Assembly (NCBI GenBank): GCA_026025795.1
Contig: JAPEUG010000003.1
Location: forward strand, 1-64,000
From: Thelocarpon superellum
Lineage: Eukaryota
Reading direction: 5' to 3'
DNA length: 64,000 nucleotides
The position numbers were made by a program, and so were the translations under genes. The notes below the pieces were generated by a model. The model did not search any database and was not told the DNA's origin. It saw nothing but the letters and a program-made list of their open reading frames with translations. Positions 50,501-59,500 of this stretch are shown here, piece by piece. Each line of letters begins with the position of its first letter. Positions within the stretch are counted from its first letter, which is position 1.

Positions 50501-53500
50501 TCTACCGACACTTGCTGGGCGCGCACCGCAACGCGGCTGCGCTCCTGCGTCAGCCCCCGCGCGTCCCGGACGATGGCCACGACTACGTCCCCTTTGAGCA
50601 TTACTGGCTACGCCAAGGGGAGCTCCCCCTCGAGACGCAGCCGCACTACATCATCACGCCCTCGGTGCGCCGTAACTTACTCAACCTGATCCGTGCCACG
50701 TCCTCGCGCCGTTTTCCCGTCCTCATCCAGGGCCCCACCTCGTCGGGCAAGACCAGCATGATTGAATATCTGGCCAAGACGACGGGCAGCCGCTTCGTGC
50801 GAATCAACAATCACGAGCACACGGACCTGCAGGAGTACCTCGGCAGCTACGTATCTGCCGACGACGGACGGCTCTATTTCCGCGAAGGTCTTTTGGTAGA
50901 CGCCCTCCGTCACGGTCACTGGATCGTCCTGGACGAGCTCAATTTGGCCCCGACCGACGTGCTGGAGGCGCTGAATCGCCTGCTCGATGACAATCGCGAG
51001 CTCTGGATCCCCGAGACGCAGACGGTGGTGCGGCCGCATTCGAACTTCATGCTCTTCGCCACCCAGAACCCGGCGGGTCTCTATGGCGGACGTAAGGTCC
51101 TCTCACGCGCGTTTCGAAATCGCTTCTTGGAGCTGCATTTTGACGACATCCCAGAGGAGGAGCTGGAGACGATCCTGCGCGAGCGGACGCAGATCGCCCC
51201 CTCCTTCTGCACTCGTATCGTCGCCGTGTACAAAGACTTGGCCCTCCTCCGGCAGTCGGGCCGCGTCTTCGAGCAGCGGCACAGTTTCGCCACGCTCCGC
51301 GACCTGTTTCGCTGGGCGTGGCGGCCGGCGGACAACCGAGAGCAGCTGGCGGCGAATGGCTACATGTTACTGGCGGAGCGGGTGCGCAAGCCCGAAGAGA
51401 AAGAGGCGGTGCAGCAGGTGATTGAGAAGGTGATGAAGGTCTCGATCGATCCCGTTGCCCTCTACGCCGGCCCCGTTACGACAGCTGCCACCGGAACGGA
51501 GATTGTCTGGACTAAGGCCATGCGTCGACTGCGCGTGCTCGTCGCGCGTGCCCTCGAACGTCACGAGCCGGTACTGCTGGTGGGCGACACGGGCTGTGGC
51601 AAGACGACCATCTGTCAAGCGCTGGCGACGGAGTGGGGCAAGACGCTCTCCACCGTCAACGCGCACCAGAACCTCGAGACCGGCGATCTGATCGGCGCCC
51701 AGCGCCCGGTGCGGCGCCGGGGAGCGATCGAGAGCCAGCTCCGGCAGGACCTCGCCCACGTGCTGTCCAGTGAAAGAGGACCAGGGGCCGACGGCGACGA
51801 GAGCCTCGAAGCTCTGCTCGACGCCTTTGCCCAGCTCCGCCCAGAGGATGCGTCGCGCGTACCGGACGAAGTGCGGGTACGCATCGGCTCGAACCAGCGC
51901 ACGAGGCGTACCTTGTTCGCCTGGTACGATGGCGCGCTGGTGCAGGCCATGCGCGCCGGCCATTTCTTCCTTCTCGACGAGATCTCGCTGGCGGATGACT
52001 CGGTGCTGGAGCGCCTCAACAGCGTGCTTGAATCCGACCGGAGCCTCTTGCTGGCGGAGAAGGGGGCCGACGGACTGGACGATGCACGAGTACAGGCCCA
52101 GCCGGGCTTCCAATTCTTAGCGACGATGAATCCTGGCGGCGATTACGGCAAGCGCGAGCTCTCGCCGGCCCTGCGCAACCGCTTCACCGAGATCTGGGTG
52201 CCGCCAAGCGCGGAACTGGAGGACCTGGTGCAGATCGCCGAGGCCCGTCTTCCCCTCTCCCTGACGCCGTTTGCGCCGGCCATGGTCCGCTTCGCCGAAT
52301 GGTTCAGCACGACCTTTACCCTGTCGACGGCCGCGGCCATCTCGATCCGTGACGTGCTCGCCTGGGTGGACTTTGTCCGGCACTGCACCATGCCGGATCC
52401 CTTCCTGGCTCTGCTGCATGGCGCCGCCATGGTCTTCATCGACGCCCTGGGCGCCAACCCCGCCGCCATGCTTGCCATCGCCCCGGACCGCGTGACGACC
52501 GAGCGGCAGCGATGCCTCACGCGTCTCGGCGAGCTCTTGCACGAAGATCTTCACGGGCGGTACATGGCGCCCATTCAGATCTCTCGCTCTGCCTCCGCCC
52601 TCACCGTCGGCCCCTTCTCGGTGGCAGCGGTGGGGCCGGCGCAGGCGGACCCGTCCATCACGCTCCAGGCGCCGACGACGAGGCAGAATGCGATGCGGGT
52701 GGTGCGGGGGCTCCAGGTTCGCAAGCCTATCCTGCTGGAAGGCAGTCCAGGGGTGGGCAAGACGACGCTCGTCACCGCCCTGGCGCGTGCCCTGGGCCGA
52801 CCGTTGACGCGCATCAATCTCTCGGAGCAGACGGACCTGATGGACCTCTTTGGGTCCGACGTGCCAGTCGAGGGCGCCGCGGCCGGCCACTTCACCTGGC
52901 GGGACGCCCCCTTTCTGCGGGCCATGCAGCAAGGCGAATGGGTCTTGCTGGATGAGATGAACCTGGCCTCGCAGTCGGTGCTGGAGGGCCTCAACGCCTG
53001 TCTTGACCACCGTGCCGAGGTTTACGTTGCCGAGCTGGACCAGACCTTTACCGCCCACCCCAACTTCGTCCTATTCGCCGCTCAGAATCCCCATCACCAG
53101 GGTGGCGGGCGACGTGGCCTGCCCAGCTCCTTTGTCAACCGCTTCACTGTTGTCTACGCCGACGTCTTTACCCTCGACGATCTTACGCTTATCAGCGCGC
53201 AGAGCTTTCCCTCCTATCCGCCCGCCGACCTCGAGGCCCTCGTCCGCTTCGTCGCGCGGCTGGAGGCGGCGGTCAATCAACACCGTCACGCGGGCATGCA
53301 GGGAGGCCCCTGGGAGTTCAATCTACGCGACGTGCTGCGATGGCTCCAACTGTTGACGGCCCAGGAACAACTGTTGCCCGCCGGCACGGTGGCCGACTAT
53401 CTCGACCTCATCTGTACGCAGCGCTTTCGGACCGCCGGGGACCAGGCCACGGTCCAGACGCTGTACGCTGAGATCATGGGCGAGGCCTGTCCCCCGCGCT

Positions 53501-56500
53501 CACTGTACCATCATCTGGGCCCATCGTGCGTGCAAGTGGGCCGCGCCGTGCTGGATCGCGATCGGTGGTTCCAATCGGTCCCATTCCCCGTCGGTGGCCA
53601 TCTCACGGCGCATTTGCCCATCTTGGAGTCGCTCATGATCTGCGTGCAGCAACGCTGGCCCAGCATCTTGGTCGGAGCGGCCGGTAGCGGCAAGACCACC
53701 ATTCTTCGACGTCTGGCTGCAATAGTGGGCGCGGAGCTGGTGGAGTTTGCGCTGGACGCCAACATGGACACGATGGACCTGATTGGTGGCTATGAGCAGG
53801 TCGACCGCCATCGCCAGGCCAATCTGGTGCGTCTCGAGCTGGAGCGGATGCTGCGGCACCAGATCATGTTGGCAAGTGAGACCGGCGCGCCGCCGACCGC
53901 ATGGCTGGCACTCCTAGGAGACTTACAGCTTAGGACTACGGATGCCGGGTCGATCCGTGACCGCCTTCGTGCGCTGTTTCCACCCCTTCCACATCATGGC
54001 GAGGACGAGGCCCGCGTCCTTGCCCACGTGGATGTGCTGCCCGGTCCCAGCAACGACGCGACGGAGCGCGCCAGCTTCCAGTGGGTCGACGGTATTCTGG
54101 TCCGTGCCTTGGAGGCCGGGCACTGGCTGGTGCTAGATCACGCGAACCTGTGTAGTGCTTCGGTGCTCGACCGGCTCAACGCCTTGCTTGAGCCCGATGG
54201 CGTGCTCAGCATCAACGAGCAGCGCACGGCTGATGGCGAGGCCCGCGTCGTACGCCCGCACCCGTCCTTCCGCCTCTTCCTCACGGTGGATCCGCGTTAC
54301 GGAGAGCTCTCCCGGGCCATGCGAAATCGCGCCATTGAGATCTTTGTGGCCGCGCCCGGCGGTCGACTGGCTCATCCCGAGGCGGAGACGTGTGTAGCCC
54401 TAGGTGGCTGCGAATCACGCGTCGCTCGGTATCGCACGTTCATGCAGATGGCATTACACCGCCCAGCGGACCTGCTCTCCCCCTGGTTCGTGAGCGCTGG
54501 TCTTGACCATCTGTCCCTCGGCGATGCGTCGATGCTTCAGCAATGGCGTACGCAGATCCACACCGGCCTCATCGAAGAACTGACGCCGCGCGTGCGCTTG
54601 GGATTGGATGCGGCCATCGATCGAACCGCGAAATTGATCGAGGACGTTGGCTTCACGAAGAGCTCCGTGATAACGTACTACGCACATGCGACCAAGACGA
54701 CCTCGCTGCGCGTTCCGGACCAGCCTCTCCATCCCCTCGGCAATGAGCTCCTCCTCGCCATGTTTCCACGTGAGCGTCCGGCTCCGCAGCCGTCGGCAAT
54801 CGCTCTCGCGTATGAGCTGATTCAAGAGGCGCTCAAGATGGCCCATCGCCTAGACGAGGTGCGGACACAAGCAAGGGCCTTCCAACCCTCACAGATGTCC
54901 CGTCTTGTGCGATCCTGCGCCGCACCCCGTATGCAGCACCAGCCCCGTGACGGCTCGGCCCCGCTCTATCCCTTTCTCGACGACCTACACCAACGACTCC
55001 TCGTCTGGGCTCGAATGCTCCTCACGGCGGACTCATCCGCGGAGTACGATGAGCGGATGCCCATATCCTTGCAGGATCTAACGCTCCTGTGGTGGATGAC
55101 GGTAGAGCTCGCCGATGATCGGACCTCGGACGACGTGACGTTCCGGGCCTACCTCTCCCTCTGGGACCGGTTGCCCGCGCGTTTTACCGAACGCCACGCC
55201 CGTCATCTTGGCCTGTCGACGAGTCTCGAGCGCAGTGTCGCCCGACTCACGCCGGCCTGGCAGCTGTCGAGCGGCCTCAGCATGGACCGGCTCTGGATGG
55301 CATATCGACCGGCGCTCCCCTCACACGAGCGCTCTCTGCAGTCACTGCTCCACCTGCAGCAACTGGCGGCCCGATTCGACGCCGTCGTCTGGTCTGGTCC
55401 GGCCGCACTTTGCGCGATAGTCGAGCTCCGGGGTTCGATGCAGGCTGCCGCGATCGCAATCACGCGACACGACGCCGACATGAGGGGGCATCTTCAGGTG
55501 GCCGAAGAGGCGATCGCCGCGCTGGAAGCGAGCGCCGCCGGAGGGCCGCCCACGCGGCCCTATTTTCAGGAGGTATTTGAGGGTCTATGCCAACACCGTG
55601 ACCTACTCCGCTGGCAGCCCCGAGATATGCTGAAGATGCCACTTTCCTTGGACCCGCTCCTGCCCTTATTCGCCGCGCGCGCTTCCACATGGGCTCCATC
55701 GTCCAAGAATGTGGGCTCCGTTTCGGCCAGCATCTTTCATGACTTGTCGAGCTACCGGGCGGGCGGGCAAAATGCCGTACAGCAGCGAATGGCCTTGACC
55801 GGCCGCCTCCCGACGGTCATCCTGGACAAGTTACACGGCCTTTCAAATGCGACCCTGGGTCAGCTTGCACTGGTGCGGGAGGAGGTGACGATACTTGGAC
55901 AGCATCTGGCTGAAGAAACCACCATTCTTTACGTCGATCAGCTGCGGCTGCTTTCGGCCTGTCTCGCCCGCCTCCTGTACGAGGTGCTTCAAGCCCATCG
56001 AGACGTGGTGGATGAAGATGAACGGCAAGAGGAGGTACAGATCCTCCTTGCCATCTGTCATCTCCAAGACGACGGAAAAGGCTCAATGCCTCTTGGCCCT
56101 CCTTCGGCCATTTCTGATTCCACAAGCTCCGATGGAAGCGTGCTGCAGATCTGGAACGGCCTGATCCGGCCCAGTATCTTGGCGCTGCAATCCGCTCAAG
56201 CCCCTGGTGTGAGCTTCTCGCTCGAACTCTCCAAAGCCTGGATCCTGTTCGCCCTCGGTGTACTACAGCTCTTCGTCCCCGATCGAACGTACGATCCCGC
56301 GGTAAAAGACACCGTGGCCCGTCAGGTACATGACCGGTGTCGAGCCTCCCTCACCGATCAATGCCGCGCGCTCGAGCAGTTCCAGGTCATCTTCACTGGT
56401 AAAGCCAATAGCAGACGAGCTGAGCGGTTGAAGGAGCAACTTGGGCTGTTGGCGGATGTGCCCCCAACGTCAACCGTGGCTCGACCCGCCGTGTCGGAGA

Positions 56501-59500
56501 TGGAGCGACTCCAAGCCGACTTTACCAACCTGTTGACGACCGTGGTGAAGCCGTTGCGACCTTCGATCGGGAAGCCTTTCTTTCCCGAGGGCGATTCGTG
56601 GTCACGCGACACTATAATGGTGCAGTCTAGCCTCGCACAACTCGTGGAGCGACTGACGAGCGCGTATCCCTATTATCGTGATCTCACCCAACCCGCAGTT
56701 GGGCTACTCCATGCCCTCGATCTTGGGCTGTCCATGGCCTCATGGAGTCATGCTGGGGAGGGTGCTGGGTCCTCCCTCACCGAGATGATCAGCCACGAGA
56801 CGCCTTTTCTCGGCGGACACCCCAGCGTGCTGTTTGGCGCGTTCCTGGGTGACGCGTCGTCGACGGTGCCAGGGCCAGCCGAGGCCCGGACACATTACCT
56901 CGAATGGATGACGGCCGTGGCACGTGTGGAGTGCCTGGATCGTCTCCCTCTTGTCGCACACGAGAAGCTGATGGCCACGTTTGACGCCTTTTACCGCGAG
57001 TGGAAGGAACGCTTGGTCGCAGATCAGGAGAAGGCCTCGGCCCAGTCGGGGCTCTATCGGTATCGAGGGGGAGAAGAGGAGACAGAGGCGCTTGACAACG
57101 AGGCCTTTCATGAGCTGTTTCCCGCCTATGAGGAAGAGTCCGCGCCCGTCAACGAGCGGCAGAAGGCCACGGCACCTAGGGAGCGGACGTTGATGCACGC
57201 TCAGCTTCACCACGACCTCTTTGCCGGAGCCACCACCTCGTCCGCTCCATCGGGCATCCTCCTACAATTGTTGAAGAACAGCGGTGTCCGGCTTGCGCGA
57301 GCCACCGTGGCCACGTCGACGTCCGGACGGCGGCAAACCTCGACCAAGGACCTTCTTGCCGCCGTCCTCTACACCTTGCACCTCGAACGCGAGCACCTCG
57401 TGGCTGCCACACCCACCTCCACCAGTCGCACGTACAACTTCTACACTGACGCCAACCTAGCCGAAGCGGCCCAACTTGTGCGGCTGATCCATCGCGTCCA
57501 GCAGCGGTTCCTCCAGCTTCAAATGGCATGGCCCGAGCATGCTACGCTGCAGGACGTGCGGACAACGTGTGACGAGGTCTTGGCATTCCGACATGTCGAG
57601 CCCGTGGCCAAGTTCCTGACCAAGGTGGAGAAGCTGCACGGCTACATGCACCAGTGGCAGACCGTGGCCAGCACCAGCTTCAGCGCGCAGGGCCTGTACG
57701 AAGAGGTGACGAAGCTGCTGGTGGACTGGCGACGCCTCGAGTTGGTCACATGGACGCGTTTGTTCGACCTCGAGCAGGACAAGTGCGCGCAAGACGCGCA
57801 ATTGTGGTGGAACGTGGCGTACGAGGTCATCGTCGCCGTACCGCTGTCACTGCTCGAGACCGATGCCGCGGGGTTGGCCCGGTATGGGATCGAGCTGTTA
57901 TCGTCTCTGGAGACCTTCTTCGCCACGACGACCCTGGGCCAATTCTCTCGCCGCCTCCAATTGCTCGAGCGCTTCCGCTCGCACGTCCTCCTGATTGCCC
58001 AGCGCACGGTGCCCATGACCACGATTGCGGCGGCACTGACCAACTTCATCGACTACTACGCTCGTTTCGAGCCCGAGGTCAACCGGGCCCTGGACGAGGG
58101 AAGGCGGCGCCTGGAGAAAGACGTGACCGAGGTCGTGCGGCTGGCAAGCTGGAAAGACACGAATATCAACGCCTTGCGTGAGAGTGCCAAGCGTTCACAT
58201 CACCAGTTGTTCAAGCTGGTACGCAAATACCGTGCTGTACTCGCCACCTCGGTCGGCCCGTTGATCGCGCGAGGACTCCCCGGGAAGCCCATCACCGGGG
58301 TCGCGCCGGGCCCTCAGAACGTGGACAAGTCCCACTCGACCTTGGTGGATCCGCGGGCGCTGTCGATCTGCCAGGAGAGTATCCCGGAATGGTCTCTTCG
58401 GCCACCACGGTTTGTGAATGTACACACGACGGTGGAGGTAATGCAGCGCGTCGCGCAAATACCGGAGACGGCCGAGGACATACCGCAGGCATTGGAACAA
58501 TTCTCCATGCATCTCGTATCGTCGATGGAAAGCCTCCAGAAGCAGACTCCGACGTTACTCACAGATGCGAATAAAGACCAGCTCAAGCATCTCAAGACGC
58601 GGAAGCGGCTCCTCTTCGCTGACACTCTGAAGGCCCTCCGTCTGATGGGCGTCCGACATAACCTAGGCGCCAACTCGCTGGCACAACAGGCCGATCTTGC
58701 CACGGTGCTGGCGTCCCTGGATCCAGTGCCGCGGGAGACGGATGTCCCTGGGTTGGGGGACATGACGGTCGCCTTCCACCATGTCATTGATCTCATGCCT
58801 CGCGTGCGCCAAAGTCAGAACAGCCATGCCGATGACCTTTCCAGTGCTGAGATCGTTCGGAGTGTGGGTTACTTGGAGGGTCTACTGCTCGTCTTGTGCA
58901 CCCAACATGCTACGCTGACCACAGCGCTGCAGCGGCTCGTGGAGCTGCAGGGGGCGGTCAAGAAACTGGACAGTCTCTGGGGCTCAGAAGACCGTCTCCT
59001 CTTACCCAACCCAAGGGATCGGATGAATCTGACCACGGCGTGGTCGAGAGTGACCAACTGGCTTCCGAGCATTCTCGAAACGGCGCAGCGGTTGGTCCAG
59101 GCCCATGGAGAGCTCGGTCGATTGGACCACTCCACGATTCTCCATCGTTTACATTACTGGAGAGACCGATTTGCTGCTGTAGTCGCGGAGTGGAAGCGCT
59201 TGCCTTTGATGCCTACGGGCATTACTACGACGGAGCATCACCGATGGCAGACAGGATCCACATCGCTCGTGCAGGAACTCCGACAAGATCTTGACAAGTG
59301 GACCAGGGAGCAACCTCTTCTCGAGTGCATCATCTGTCAAATCATTCCCTGGACCGAGCTCTATCAGACGAGTCACGGGACGGCCGCAACGACCAATGGC
59401 CACCACTCCATCACCGTCCACGACTTTGATCAGTCGCTGCTCCACGTGTGTGACTCGATCTTGGTGGCGCTTCAACGAATGCAGCAAGCGACCAAGACTG